Origin: an uncultured Candidatus Saccharibacteria bacterium
GTDB taxonomy: Bacteria; Patescibacteriota; Saccharimonadia; Saccharimonadales; 2-12-FULL-41-12
NCBI GenBank assembly: GCA_964615775.1
Contig: CAZTQB010000001.1
Coordinates: forward strand, 60,599 to 124,598
Direction of reading: 5' to 3'
Length of the DNA stretch: 64,000 nucleotides
How positions within the stretch are numbered: position 1 is the first letter of the stretch; every line of letters starts with the position of its first letter. Shown in pieces: positions 30,270-40,803 of the stretch. The translations under genes were made by a program, and so were the position numbers. Below the pieces are notes generated by a model that saw only the letters and a program-made list of their open reading frames with translations, did no database searches and was not told the DNA's origin.

Positions 30270-33200
30270 GACGATATAGCCAAGGTGTAAATATTGCAGA
30301 TTTTGACGCAGTACGACTAGCGGTAGCCAGTCCTGGCGATATTTTAGACTGGAGTTACGGTGAAGTCACCAAACCAGAAACAATCAACTATCGTACCCAA
30401 AAACCAGAACGTGATGGTCTATTTTGTGAAAAAATCTTTGGTCCAGTTAAAGATATTAATCCACATGATGCCAAATATAAAGGTGTTCGCTCACGAGAAG
30501 CGGCAGTTGATAAGAATGGTGAGTTAGTTACTCGGTCAATTGTTCGTCGTGAAAGAATGGGTCATATTCAGCTAGCGAGTCCGGTAGCTCACATTTGGTT
30601 TTTGCGTGGTACGCCAAGTGCAATTGGCTTGCTTTTAGGTTTGACCGTCAAATCGCTAGAACGAGTGGCTTATTTTGCTAGCTATATTATTAAACAAGTC
30701 GATACTGAGAAACGTGATCAAATGCTACTTGATAAAGAAGCTCAGTTTGAGGCAGCTCAGGTGGCGATTAAGGCTCGTTATGAGGCTGAAGCCAAAAATG
30801 AGGAGGCTAATGTTAAGGCACTAGCTGAGGCTCAAAATAAAGAACTTGAAGAGTTAACGGCTGAATGGGAACTAGTTCGCGATCAGTTAAAAAATCTTGA
30901 GAAACTACGACTTTTGAGTGAGAATGACTACCGTGATCTACCTGACGATGTTAGAGGTTTGATCAAGGTCGGTATGGGTGGAACTGCCCTTCGTGAACTA
31001 CTAGAAGAAATTGATCTTGGTGAGTTAGTCACTCGCCTGGAAGAAGAAACAGCTGACGCCAAGGGTCAACGTCGTAAAAAATTGATGAAACGCCTTCGTT
31101 TACTTGAGAGCATGCATAATGCTGGTATTCAACCTTCAAGCATGTGTGTTTCGGTATTGCCGGTGATTCCTCCAGATCTACGACCGATGGTGCAGTTAAC
31201 TGGTGGTCGATTTGCTACTAGTGACTTAAATGATCTTTATAGGCGGGTAATCAATCGAAATAATCGACTTAAGAAACTAATGGACCTTAATGCCCCAGAA
31301 GTGATTTGCCGTAACGAACAGCGTATGTTGCAAGAAGCAGTTGATGCTTTGATAGATAACAATGCAGCACGTTCTGGTCGAGCTGTAGCTGCGACCGGAC
31401 AGCGTCGTCGATTGAAGTCTCTATCTGACATGCTAAAAGGTAAACAAGGTCGTTTCCGACAAAACTTACTCGGTAAGCGTGTAGATTATTCTGGTCGTTC
31501 GGTGATTGTATCTGGTCCAGAACTGAAGATGTATCAGTGTGGTTTGCCAAAAATGATGGCTCTTGAGCTATTTAAACCGTTTGTAATGGGAGAATTGATT
31601 GAAAAAGAATTAGCTCATAATATTCGTTCAGCTACACGAATGATTGAACAGGGTGAAACAGTCGTATGGGACGCTCTAGATGAGGTAATAAAGGGTAAGT
31701 ATGTGTTGCTTAACCGAGCTCCGTCATTACACCGTTTGAGTATTCAGGCTTTTCAACCGGTTTTGATTGAAGGTAAAGCTATACAGTTGCACCCACTAGT
31801 GTGTAAAGGTTTTAACGCCGACTTCGATGGAGACCAGATGGCTGTACATTTACCGCTATCTGACAAGGCTCAAGCTGAGGCTCGTGATATTATGTCTGCC
31901 AACAAAAACTTACTAAAACCAGCCGACGGTACGCCAATTTTACACATTGAACAGGATATTGTGCTTGGCTGTTACTATTTGACGTATTTACGCCCAGGTA
32001 GTACCTCCAAAATTCGCAGGTTTACAGATATAACTGAAGCATTGAAAGCTCATGATGCTGATCAATTAAAGTTGCAAGACCCGATTACAGTTACTTTTAG
32101 GGACCAGAAAGTTACTTCTACTTTAGGACGATTCCTCTTTAACGAACTTTTCCCTAATGACTTTGAATTTCAAGATGATGTGATGACTAAGAAAAAGCTT
32201 GCACAGGTTATGTCAAAGGTTTACGAGCGATATGGTCAGGCAGTGAGTGCCGAGATTGCTGACGAGCTTAAAAATTTAGGTTTTGATTACGCAACTCGAG
32301 CCGGCATTTCTATGGGAATGAGTGATTTTGTCGACGTTAAGAAATTAGATGAGATTTTGAGCCGAGGCGAGGAACGGTCGGCAGCGATTTCTGAACAGTA
32401 TGATCAAGGTTTTATTACTGATGATGAGCGTTATCGTTTGACTATTGAAACATGGACAAATTCTGATACTGAGGTGCAGAAAGCTTTGGCTGAGCAGTTC
32501 CAGCATGAAGATAATGCTATGAGTATGGCGGTTGTATCTGGTGCTAGAGGCTCGATTGTGCAGGTTAAACAGGTGATTGGGTCAGTCGGTATTCTCTCTG
32601 ATGCGACTGGTCGAGCCATGGAGCTACCGATTAAAAGTAACTACCGCGATGGGCTTAATCCGCTTGAGTACTTTACTTCTACCCGTGGTCAGCGTAAGGG
32701 TCTAATCGACACCGCACTTAAGACGGCAGACTCAGGTTATTTGACACGACGTTTGGTAGACGTTGCACAAGATGTCTTTACGATTGATGACAACGATACA
32801 GACCCAGGTTTTGAAATGCTTAGAAGCGATGCTACCGAAATTGGTGTGCCGTTTGCCTCACGACTTCGGGGTCGTTATGCAGCTGAAGATTTGGCGGGTT
32901 ATGTTAAGCGTGGTGAGTTAATCACTACTGATACTGCTGAAGAAATCGACGCTAACGTGAAAATTGATTCTGTGAAAATAATGAGTGTTCTAAGCTGTAC
33001 TTCACCGCATGGTGTAAATCGCAAGAGTTATGGTCTAGATCCTGCTACCGGTGAGTTAGTAGCCGATCATTCACCAATTGGTGTGATTGCTGCTCAGTCT
33101 ATAGGTGAGCCAGGTACTCAGCTTACTTTGAAGAATTTCCACTCTGGTGGTGCTGCAGTAGCCGATGATATTACTCAAGGTTTGCCGCGTGTTGAAGAGC

Positions 33201-34069
33201 TATTTGAGACCCGTACGCCTAAGGGTGAGGCTTTTCTTTCTGAAATTGCCGGAGAGGTTACAGTTTGGGAAGATGGAGATAATTACGTGATCCAGGTGAC
33301 TGGTGAAACTATCGACTCTGTTAAGCTGGCGTTAAACGATCGTACACCACAAGTGGCTCACAACTCTGAGGTGGCTGTTGGTGATGTTGTAGCATCTAAT
33401 GAGGGTGGCGAAGAGCCACTTATCTCACCAATCGCCGGCAAGATAAACTTAACTAAAAAGCATATTACTATCACCCCTGTTGGCCAAAGTGTTGTCAAAT
33501 ACGATGTACCGAGCTATAAGATACTAAGTGTTAAAGATGGTGACCAAGTTAAGGCAGGTCAAAGATTAACCAATGGTTCAATCAACATTCACGATCTTAT
33601 GACATTAAGCGGCGTAGAAGCAACTCAGCGTTATATAATGAACGAGATTTTGCGAATTTTTGCAAGTCAAGGTCAGTATATTGCCGACAAACACCTAGAG
33701 ATTATTGTTAGGCAAATGTTTAGTCGTGTGCAGATAGAAGACGCTGGCGATAGTAGCTTTGTTACTGGCGATATTGTTAGTAAATTGTCTGTAGCTGAGG
33801 CTAACGAGGAATTGGTGACTAATGGCAAAAAACCAGCTGTTGTTAATCAGTTACTACTTGGAATCACTAAAGCTTCCTTAAGTACTGACTCATTCTTGTC
33901 TGCAGCATCATTCCAGGACACAACCCGAGTGCTAATTTCTGCTGCTACCTCTGGCAAAGTCGATAAACTATTTGGCCTAAAAGAGAATGTTATTTTGGGT
34001 CGCAAAATCCCAGTTGGCACAGGCTACAATAAGGACGATACAGAGGGCCAAGAAGTACCTCAAGAGTAA
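30266..34069 (+). CDS. rpoC: DNA-directed RNA polymerase subunit beta'
   Basis: 1267 aa. Catalytic NADFDGDQM motif, zinc-binding N-terminus and trigger-loop region. ATGA overlap with the rpoB stop. Confidence 0.95.
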   Translation: MRRYSQGVNIADFDAVRLAVASPGDILDWSYGEVTKPETINYRTQKPERDGLFCEKIFGPVKDINPHDAKYKGVRSREAAVDKNGELVTRSIVRRERMGHIQLASPVAHIWFLRGTPSAIGLLLGLTVKSLERVAYFASYIIKQVDTEKRDQMLLDKEAQFEAAQVAIKARYEAEAKNEEANVKALAEAQNKELEELTAEWELVRDQLKNLEKLRLLSENDYRDLPDDVRGLIKVGMGGTALRELLEEIDLGELVTRLEEETADAKGQRRKKLMKRLRLLESMHNAGIQPSSMCVSVLPVIPPDLRPMVQLTGGRFATSDLNDLYRRVINRNNRLKKLMDLNAPEVICRNEQRMLQEAVDALIDNNAARSGRAVAATGQRRRLKSLSDMLKGKQGRFRQNLLGKRVDYSGRSVIVSGPELKMYQCGLPKMMALELFKPFVMGELIEKELAHNIRSATRMIEQGETVVWDALDEVIKGKYVLLNRAPSLHRLSIQAFQPVLIEGKAIQLHPLVCKGFNADFDGDQMAVHLPLSDKAQAEARDIMSANKNLLKPADGTPILHIEQDIVLGCYYLTYLRPGSTSKIRRFTDITEALKAHDADQLKLQDPITVTFRDQKVTSTLGRFLFNELFPNDFEFQDDVMTKKKLAQVMSKVYERYGQAVSAEIADELKNLGFDYATRAGISMGMSDFVDVKKLDEILSRGEERSAAISEQYDQGFITDDERYRLTIETWTNSDTEVQKALAEQFQHEDNAMSMAVVSGARGSIVQVKQVIGSVGILSDATGRAMELPIKSNYRDGLNPLEYFTSTRGQRKGLIDTALKTADSGYLTRRLVDVAQDVFTIDDNDTDPGFEMLRSDATEIGVPFASRLRGRYAAEDLAGYVKRGELITTDTAEEIDANVKIDSVKIMSVLSCTSPHGVNRKSYGLDPATGELVADHSPIGVIAAQSIGEPGTQLTLKNFHSGGAAVADDITQGLPRVEELFETRTPKGEAFLSEIAGEVTVWEDGDNYVIQVTGETIDSVKLALNDRTPQVAHNSEVAVGDVVASNEGGEEPLISPIAGKINLTKKHITITPVGQSVVKYDVPSYKILSVKDGDQVKAGQRLTNGSINIHDLMTLSGVEATQRYIMNEILRIFASQGQYIADKHLEIIVRQMFSRVQIEDAGDSSFVTGDIVSKLSVAEANEELVTNGKKPAVVNQLLLGITKASLSTDSFLSAASFQDTTRVLISAATSGKVDKLFGLKENVILGRKIPVGTGYNKDDTEGQEVPQE

Positions 34070-34186
34070 TTTGCTTATACTAGGCTAATCTGTTAGAATA
34101 AACTTTACAAACATTTAAGTAATCTGAGCCGTTCCCGGTTGGCATCCTGGGTCTGATGCAGTAGGTTACAAAATATAGGAGAATAA

Positions 34187-34600
34187 ATGCCAACAATCAA
34201 TCAACTAGTGCGTAAGCCTAGGAAAAAGGTGACTTCAAGCAGTAAGTCGCCAGCTCTTCACCGTGTGGTGAACAATCTAAAAACTAAAAACTACGAAAAA
34301 AATGCACCATTTAAGCGTGGAGTTTGCGTCAAAGTAACTACCAAAACGCCAAAAAAGCCTAACTCTGCCCTTCGTAAGGTGGCTCGTGTGCGTTTGCAGA
34401 ATGGCTATGAAGTTTGGGCTTACATTGGTGGAGAAGGCCACAACTTGCAGGAACACGCAGTAGTGATGATACGTGGCGGTCGAGTAAAAGATTTGCCTGG
34501 TGTACGATATCATATTGTTCGTGGTACATTGGACCTTCAGGGTGTAGCTGATCGTAAGCAAGGTAGAAGTAAATATGGTGCTAAGAGGGAGAAGAAATAA
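34187..34600 (+). CDS. rpsL: 30S ribosomal protein S12
   Basis: [14 protein letters not shown]...[13 protein letters not shown]...: canonical S12. Confidence 0.95.
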   Translation: MPTINQLVRKPRKKVTSSSKSPALHRVVNNLKTKNYEKNAPFKRGVCVKVTTKTPKKPNSALRKVARVRLQNGYEVWAYIGGEGHNLQEHAVVMIRGGRVKDLPGVRYHIVRGTLDLQGVADRKQGRSKYGAKREKK

Positions 34601-35079
34601 TGCCTAGAAAAGTAACCAAATCATTAGTTCGAGATATTCAGCCAGATCGTATGTACGATAGCGTAATGGTGCAGCGTCTGATCAACCGTGTCATGTTGAA
34701 CGGCAAGAAGCAAACAGCTGAAAAACTTGTATATAACGGCATGCAAGAAGCAGCCGACAAACTAAAAGTCAAAAACCCATTAGATGTTTTTGAACAAGCT
34801 ATGAAAAACGTTCAGCCACATGTAGAGACTCGCTCACGTCGTGTTGGTGGAGCTAACTATCAGATTCCTTTTGAAGTCAAAGGTCAACGCCAAAATCACC
34901 TAACATTAATGTGGTTTGTGCAGTCGGCACGCTCGCGTAAGGGCATGAGTATGCAAAGTCGCCTGGCTTTAGAGCTGATGGACGCTTACAATAACACTGG
35001 TACAGCTGTCAAAAAGCGTGAAGATGTTCACAAAATGGCTGAAGCCAACCGAGCCTTCGCTCACTTTGCTCGTAGTTAA
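34600..35079 (+). CDS. rpsG: 30S ribosomal protein S7
   Basis: 159 aa with an S7-like sequence (…GKKQTAEKLVYNGM…ANYQIPFEVKGQRQ…). It follows rpsL with a 1-nt overlap. Confidence 0.9.
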   Translation: MPRKVTKSLVRDIQPDRMYDSVMVQRLINRVMLNGKKQTAEKLVYNGMQEAADKLKVKNPLDVFEQAMKNVQPHVETRSRRVGGANYQIPFEVKGQRQNHLTLMWFVQSARSRKGMSMQSRLALELMDAYNNTGTAVKKREDVHKMAEANRAFAHFARS

Positions 35080-35372
35080 GCAGATTTTTTAGTAATAAAA
35101 CACGTAGGCAACTTTTTTAATTGTAAAAATACTTGCTTTATACTACGAAATATATATACGAAATATCAATATTTACGAAGTTTAGAAAATGTTGTATTCT
35201 TTTAATAGTCACAGGGGTGACTTAGTTTTGTGTTACATTCTTTCGATTAATAAACTTTAGGTGAGAGGAGCTTATAAACCGGAGGAATCTTCGGCTCTTT
35301 GGCATTGGCCAAAGGTGAACCCCGCACCTTAACAAACTGGTACAAAATAAAAATATTATAGGGGGTGAGCAA

Positions 35373-36845
35373 ATGAGTCCTGTTGATTTTGGAAAATTTC
35401 GTGGTCAACATAAAGAAGACAACGAAATTTCTAATCAACCCCATCAGGAGAAAGTCAGCCAGCACGAAGTACAAGTTCGTGTTCGTGATTGGTCGGAAGT
35501 CAACTCTGGGTCGAGACTAAAGTTCAATCGAGCAGAAGTCTCCAACAGGTTTACACATGCATTCAAGAAGCCTGGCTTTGTGGCTTGGGCATGCTTGTTC
35601 GGTGTAACTATTGTACTCTTGGCCGTGATTGCCCTGAGTGCTAGCACGATCATCAGTGCAGTTGCAATCATGCTAATGATTGCCGTAGTAACGTTTGGTA
35701 TCTATCGAGTTTATACTCGGAGCGAGGTACCAGACTTCGAAACTCCCATCGAGACGGTTTTGCCCGATCGAGGAGTCTCGAAGGTTCGCTACATGGTAAA
35801 TCGAAAGTTTGGGCGACCCGATATTGTTCCGAGTATCAACAAGGAGCAAGAGAGCGATATTTTCGAGCAGCGGATTAAGCTGCTTGAAGGCAGGATTCGC
35901 GATATCGTCAACCTTGGTGTCCACCCGAACATTTGGGTAGGCAACCAAAAAGGTAGCTCGGCGAAGTCAGTCATGGCAGTTATCATGGGTGAAATCTTGG
36001 CAGAAATCACTCGTCGAATTGTTGTGCTGCTCCCATCGTCTACCTCAACTCAGACTGCAACCGCAGGAAATTTGGCAGGTGTACGTGGTAAGACCCTAAC
36101 TTTGCGTCAGTATGCCACCAAATTGCAAGATGAAGAGATTAGCTTTCACGAGCTTTTTAAGATGGTTGCAGTAACCAAACACGGACTGCGTGTTATCTCT
36201 GAAGACACCATATCTAACGACAAGAGCAATTTCTCGAAGGTAAGATGGTTGAAAGTCCACTCGCATCTTCGAGAGAACGCAGAAATCATCATTTCCGATA
36301 CCGGGAATGATGATGCATATGCCTACACCGTGACTTCGGTTGCGATGAGGCAGTCTGACGTGGTGGTGGTTGCTGCAAACCGACTTATGAAGCAAACTTT
36401 GGAGTCGGCAGGAGCAACACTGGCGTACTATATGCACATGCAAAAAAACATTCGACAAGCAGTGGCAGGAGAAGGTCAAGCACTGGAAGGCGACTTGATT
36501 CCTGTCAGTGAAAAACTTGAGAATGCAGTCGTAGTGATGAATGCTTATGACCATGATGAAGGCAACGAGGAGTTTGTTTCTCGGCTCTCTAGTGGAATTA
36601 AGCTGTCAGGCGGAAATCCTTCGCTGTTCTCTAAGACAAGAGTATTTGGGGTGCAGGAAGATGATCATCTGTATGACACAGTTGAAGGGCTCGATTACAC
36701 TCAGATGGCTCGAGCAACATATTTCGACTATCTAGTAGTGATCGTTGCAGTATTTGAACAAGCAGCTCTGTTGCAAAAGGTCAAGGTTCCTAAGCGACAC
36801 TGGCTGATCAAGAACGTGGGCATTATTATGCCGTCGCCCTCGTAA
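35373..36845 (+). CDS. Island gene 1: membrane-anchored protein with degenerate P-loop (possible diverged coupling/ParA-like ATPase)
   Basis: 490 aa. Two N-terminal TM helices (FVAWACLFGVTIVLLAVIALSASTIISAVAIMLMIAVVTFGIY), then a ~400-aa soluble domain containing IWVGNQKGSSAKSVMAVIMGEI. This resembles a P-loop but is degenerate (QKGSSAKS versus GxxxxGKS). Confidence 0.45.
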   Translation: MSPVDFGKFRGQHKEDNEISNQPHQEKVSQHEVQVRVRDWSEVNSGSRLKFNRAEVSNRFTHAFKKPGFVAWACLFGVTIVLLAVIALSASTIISAVAIMLMIAVVTFGIYRVYTRSEVPDFETPIETVLPDRGVSKVRYMVNRKFGRPDIVPSINKEQESDIFEQRIKLLEGRIRDIVNLGVHPNIWVGNQKGSSAKSVMAVIMGEILAEITRRIVVLLPSSTSTQTATAGNLAGVRGKTLTLRQYATKLQDEEISFHELFKMVAVTKHGLRVISEDTISNDKSNFSKVRWLKVHSHLRENAEIIISDTGNDDAYAYTVTSVAMRQSDVVVVAANRLMKQTLESAGATLAYYMHMQKNIRQAVAGEGQALEGDLIPVSEKLENAVVVMNAYDHDEGNEEFVSRLSSGIKLSGGNPSLFSKTRVFGVQEDDHLYDTVEGLDYTQMARATYFDYLVVIVAVFEQAALLQKVKVPKRHWLIKNVGIIMPSPS

Positions 36846-36869
36846 GTATCTCCACTAAAAGGAGGAGAC

Positions 36870-37193
36870 ATGAGAAACCTCAAAATGTGGCTGAGCAGTT
36901 TGGTGATGATTTTGGTGCTGCCAGCTACCAGCTTGGCAATTAACACCAACCCCAAAGCACCGCCTGTGCTTGGACCAATTGGGCAGAACTGGGTGCAATG
37001 GGCAGTCTGGATTTTCATCGTCATTGCCCTGATCTTTGTCGGAATTGGCTTGCTTAAGTGGATTTCGGCGATCGGTAACGGTCGAAGCTCGGGACAAGCA
37101 ATTGCCATGATTGTGGCAGCCATCGTTGCCATAATCATTTTGTCCGACCTTCAGGGTTGGACGACACGACTCAGCCAGCTTTTCAGGCCGTGA
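36870..37193 (+). CDS. Island gene 2: small pilin-like membrane protein (VirB2/TrbC-like candidate)
   Basis: 107 aa. Signal peptide (…LVLPATSLA|IN) followed by two hydrophobic helices separated by a short loop. SD AAAGGAGGAGAC lies upstream. Confidence 0.4.
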   Translation: MRNLKMWLSSLVMILVLPATSLAINTNPKAPPVLGPIGQNWVQWAVWIFIVIALIFVGIGLLKWISAIGNGRSSGQAIAMIVAAIVAIIILSDLQGWTTRLSQLFRP

Positions 37194-37256
37194 GTCAATT
37201 TGGTGTCAGTCGCCTAGGTATCTTTGTCCTAGGCGACTAAACCATAGGAGAGAAAA

Positions 37257-37976
37257 ATGAATTTCAGAAAGCTGAGATGGTTTGTAGTGCCATTCGCTTT
37301 ATTGATGGTAATTGCAGTTGTGCTTGCGAATATTGACCATACGGTTACGCGAACGCAAACTATTACCAAAGATGCGAGTGGAAATACTGTCAGTAACCCA
37401 CCATCGCCTGTCGATCCTTCATCATCGAGTGTTGATGATGCACGTCGTTCGGCTGGCAATACGGTGGCGGTGTTGACATCGGCTTTTCTTTCACCTGAAG
37501 CGGACTTTCGTAATCAGGTGGATGAAGTTGCTACTCAGGAAACTGCCAGTCAACTTCGTAAGCTTTACTCTGGCTATGAAGCTGATGGTAAGCAGGTTCC
37601 TGCAGTAGGAGGAGATGCAATGGCAAAAAGCTTAGGGTACTCGTCTCTAGCTGATTTTCAGCAAAAAGGCAGGTATGACTTCCAAGCACTTCAGTACAAA
37701 GTCAAAAGTTTTGAAGCAGGAAAAAGTGCTGTGGTTGGTGTTTACGGCATCACAACCGTAATAACCAAGAAAAATCAGCGTTATTTTCAGCAGGATGTTC
37801 CATCGATCCAGATCTTGAGAATGGTTTGGCAAGATGGAAAGTGGCGTTATGACAAGCAACTTCGTCCACTAAAGGGTGAAGTACCAAGCTTCACAGAATC
37901 TGGCCAAAGTTTTACTCAGATTCTGGCGAAGTACAAGCTAGTCCTCGAGAATCAGAGGTACAAGACTTATGACTAA
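37257..37976 (+). CDS. Island gene 3: bitopic membrane protein (VirB8-like candidate)
   Basis: 239 aa. A single N-terminal TM (LRWFVVPFALLMVIAVVLANI), then a ~200-aa extracytoplasmic domain. Size and topology fit VirB8/TcpC-like proteins, with no sequence-level proof. Confidence 0.3.
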   Translation: MNFRKLRWFVVPFALLMVIAVVLANIDHTVTRTQTITKDASGNTVSNPPSPVDPSSSSVDDARRSAGNTVAVLTSAFLSPEADFRNQVDEVATQETASQLRKLYSGYEADGKQVPAVGGDAMAKSLGYSSLADFQQKGRYDFQALQYKVKSFEAGKSAVVGVYGITTVITKKNQRYFQQDVPSIQILRMVWQDGKWRYDKQLRPLKGEVPSFTESGQSFTQILAKYKLVLENQRYKTYD

Positions 37977-39093
37977 AACTCGTTGGCTCTCTAGCAGTTT
38001 GGTGATGCTTGTTTGCTTGTTCGGATTTATGAGCTGGCAAATGGCAAAACCAGACAAAGCTGGAGCAGATATCCTTGGGATTCCGACACCTTGTGATGTC
38101 ATTCCAAACCAAACCGCCTCCAACGTCTGTGGGGGGATCATTAATCCGATAGCTGGAGCCAATAATGTAATTGGTGCCATTCCGGGTGTGCCAAATCCGT
38201 CACAGATACCTGGCAAGGCGATTGGGAAAATAAAAGATGAAGTAGTTAGTCATACCGTTGAGCCAATGCTACGTGAAGTAGCTAAATTCTTTGGTATGGG
38301 AGTAATTTGGGGCTTGAAGATGGAAATCAAGTTCATCACACGAACAACATCACCGAACCTTAATGCTGCATGGTTCTCTGTGGCCTATCAGCAAATTCTT
38401 TGGCTTGCTTACATTTGGGCGTACATAGCCTTTATGTATCGGCTTGTAAAAGGAGCAAAAGAAGCGGATCTTGCTATCCACTTCTCCACATTCTTCAAAA
38501 TGGGAGTGTTTATTGCTCTCACAGGAGGAATGATGCTGACGGCAGCCTCTTGGCTGGTGACATTGGTAGACAAAAAACTCGTACCTGAACTCGCTGATGT
38601 AATGGGAGTTCAATTGGGCGATGTTATGAAAAACGTTGAGGGCTACCTCAACCAAATTATTGCTGGACAATTAGGCGTAGTAGCGGTACTGTTCACAATT
38701 TTTGTAATTGGAACAGTACTGTCTGGTGCAACGTTGTTTGTAATGGTATTTCGTTATATGTTTATACCATTACTGATCCTTGCTGCTCTATTCGCGTTAG
38801 CTCATAGCATCGGCGAAGAATCATGGGACAGGGCTAAAAAGGCCTTCTTGACCATCGGAGCTTGGATCGCATTTCCTGCAATATTGCTGTTTGTACTACA
38901 GTTGGGACTAGCTATGACATTAGAAGCCAATGATGCATTTACCACAATGATCATTCTATGTGCCACAACTGTGATGCCTTTGATCATCGGTATTTGGGCA
39001 ATCAAGAAAATCAGTGGTGCTGATTTCAAGGTTGAACCAGTCAAGCGAGCCGTGATTGCTCGTGCCTATTACACTAAGTTCAGGTCGAGTTAA
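37969..39093 (+). CDS. Island gene 4: polytopic membrane protein (VirB6/TrbL-like candidate)
   Basis: 374 aa. Signal/TM1, a ~70-aa extracellular loop, then about 6 further TM helices. Confidence 0.45.
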   Translation: MTKTRWLSSSLVMLVCLFGFMSWQMAKPDKAGADILGIPTPCDVIPNQTASNVCGGIINPIAGANNVIGAIPGVPNPSQIPGKAIGKIKDEVVSHTVEPMLREVAKFFGMGVIWGLKMEIKFITRTTSPNLNAAWFSVAYQQILWLAYIWAYIAFMYRLVKGAKEADLAIHFSTFFKMGVFIALTGGMMLTAASWLVTLVDKKLVPELADVMGVQLGDVMKNVEGYLNQIIAGQLGVVAVLFTIFVIGTVLSGATLFVMVFRYMFIPLLILAALFALAHSIGEESWDRAKKAFLTIGAWIAFPAILLFVLQLGLAMTLEANDAFTTMIILCATTVMPLIIGIWAIKKISGADFKVEPVKRAVIARAYYTKFRSS

Positions 39094-39152
39094 TGATTAA
39101 CCGTTCAAGGGTAAAGGCATGGATGCCTTCAACTAATGTTGGGAGGTGAGAA

Positions 39153-40727
39153 GTGTCTGAGCGACATCCGATTGAAAAAGAGCGTGGAATTCGAATTGTT
39201 GGGTCGCTAAGGCTCGATCATTCCACGATCTTTGCAGTTGTGCTGGTTGTAATCCTTTTGGTGCTTTTGCAGATTGTACCATTTGGAATATGGCTAGGCA
39301 TTACGTTTCTGGCAGCTGCTTTTTGGGGACTGCTAGTTTATGTCCCAGTTTCCAGAGACGGCAAACCGCTCCTCGCAATCCTCTATCGAAGGGCGAATTT
39401 TGACCTCGGTCAGAATGAGTTTTTCGACAAACGAGTCGAACGAGGAGAAAACTTCGAACTAACTAAACGTGCTAAGCGTGAATTCGCTAAGCGTTTGGGC
39501 AAGTTAGAACTTGTTCCATTTGAGATTTCGGGACAGAAGCTGTGCATTTATGATGATAAGCGAGATGAGACTTACACGTTCGTTGTGTATGTCAAAATCA
39601 GCTCTCTCTTCAATGCCAGCTCGCAAGAACGAGAATACCGTACAGAAGCATTTTCGAAGTTGCTCGATGTTGTAAAGAAGCATGAATTTTACCGATTCTC
39701 TTGGCAGGTGCAAGTTTTGCCAGGAGAAGCATTGAATCTTCGTTCAGAACGAGAAACAATGCTTAAGGTTAATGATCTAGTGAATAATAAATCAGACAAA
39801 GTCCACCAATTTATCGATGCTTACGAGCAAAAGATAATGGAACTGTCGTCTGAGAGAGTGGTGTCTCTACGGTTTACTGTCAAAAAAGATGATCCTCGAA
39901 TTAGGCACGCTCGCAAAAAGACAAAAATTACGACTGGCGAGTTTTTGTACAATCTCGTTGGTCAACTTGCCGATGAAGTAGGCCTGACCGATAGTCTGGC
40001 TAACAATCCATTTGGCATAAGTCAAGTTGATGCCCACACTTACAATGAGTCAGTTATGGACATCGGTCTGTTACTAGATCAAGTTTCAAAACTGCCTTTG
40101 GTTAGGGAGATGCGTAAGACTGGTATTCTCGAGCAATCTGACAAGCAAATTGATGAAAAGCTCGGTTTACCGACAGTCTGCGGTTTTGAAGCGAATCATG
40201 CCTGGCTCGGTGAAACGGTTCATATGAGCTTTTTCATCGAAAGTCTCTCCGAGTACGGATTGACGCCCACAGAATTTTTGTGGTTGATGAACCTCAGTAA
40301 TGAAGAAGGGCAGTCTGCAAAAGTAATTCCTTTGACTGTGACTGCTGTATATCAGCCAGTTTCACGGTCATCGACCAGTCGTATCTCGAGGTTCAATCGT
40401 AATACGACCAGCTCTATCATCGCCGACAAGCAGCTAGCTGGTTCAGCGGTGGATGCAGATCTGCAACGTGAGGCAGAATTGGCGAAACAAAAAACCATTC
40501 GGTTGGCATCGAGCCGTTCTGAATCACTTCGGATGAGAGTGTATGTTTCACTCCAAGGCAGTTCCGTCGAAGAAGTTACTGCCAATGCTGAGATTCTTCG
40601 CTCGACCGCAGCTAGGAATAACTGCAGTGTGCAAGGTCTTACGCTTAGGCAGTACGAAGGTGTATCTGTTGTGTTGCCCCTTGGACGTGGCCTCGCAGCT
40701 TTGAACTTCAAGGGAGTTTTCAAATGA
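39153..40727 (+). CDS. Island gene 5: VirB3-like TM pair fused to VirB4 N-terminal-domain-like region (candidate)
   Basis: 524 aa. GTG start 6 nt after GGGAGGTGAGAA. Two N-terminal TM helices, then a large soluble domain. It sits immediately upstream of the VirB4-type ATPase domain gene. Confidence 0.4.
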   Translation: MSERHPIEKERGIRIVGSLRLDHSTIFAVVLVVILLVLLQIVPFGIWLGITFLAAAFWGLLVYVPVSRDGKPLLAILYRRANFDLGQNEFFDKRVERGENFELTKRAKREFAKRLGKLELVPFEISGQKLCIYDDKRDETYTFVVYVKISSLFNASSQEREYRTEAFSKLLDVVKKHEFYRFSWQVQVLPGEALNLRSERETMLKVNDLVNNKSDKVHQFIDAYEQKIMELSSERVVSLRFTVKKDDPRIRHARKKTKITTGEFLYNLVGQLADEVGLTDSLANNPFGISQVDAHTYNESVMDIGLLLDQVSKLPLVREMRKTGILEQSDKQIDEKLGLPTVCGFEANHAWLGETVHMSFFIESLSEYGLTPTEFLWLMNLSNEEGQSAKVIPLTVTAVYQPVSRSSTSRISRFNRNTTSSIIADKQLAGSAVDADLQREAELAKQKTIRLASSRSESLRMRVYVSLQGSSVEEVTANAEILRSTAARNNCSVQGLTLRQYEGVSVVLPLGRGLAALNFKGVFK

Positions 40728-40803
40728 TTTTATCAAAGTTTACTCAACATAAACTAAAGATAAAATCGACCTCTTAACCTAAAAACGAGGGAGGTGAGAA
40801 GAA

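Noticed and set aside
36096-37138. Antisense ORFs (152 aa, 136 aa, 80 aa) within island genes
   Set aside because: They are Cys/His-rich low-complexity translations opposite well-supported + strand genes and arise from the higher GC of the island. No RBSs.
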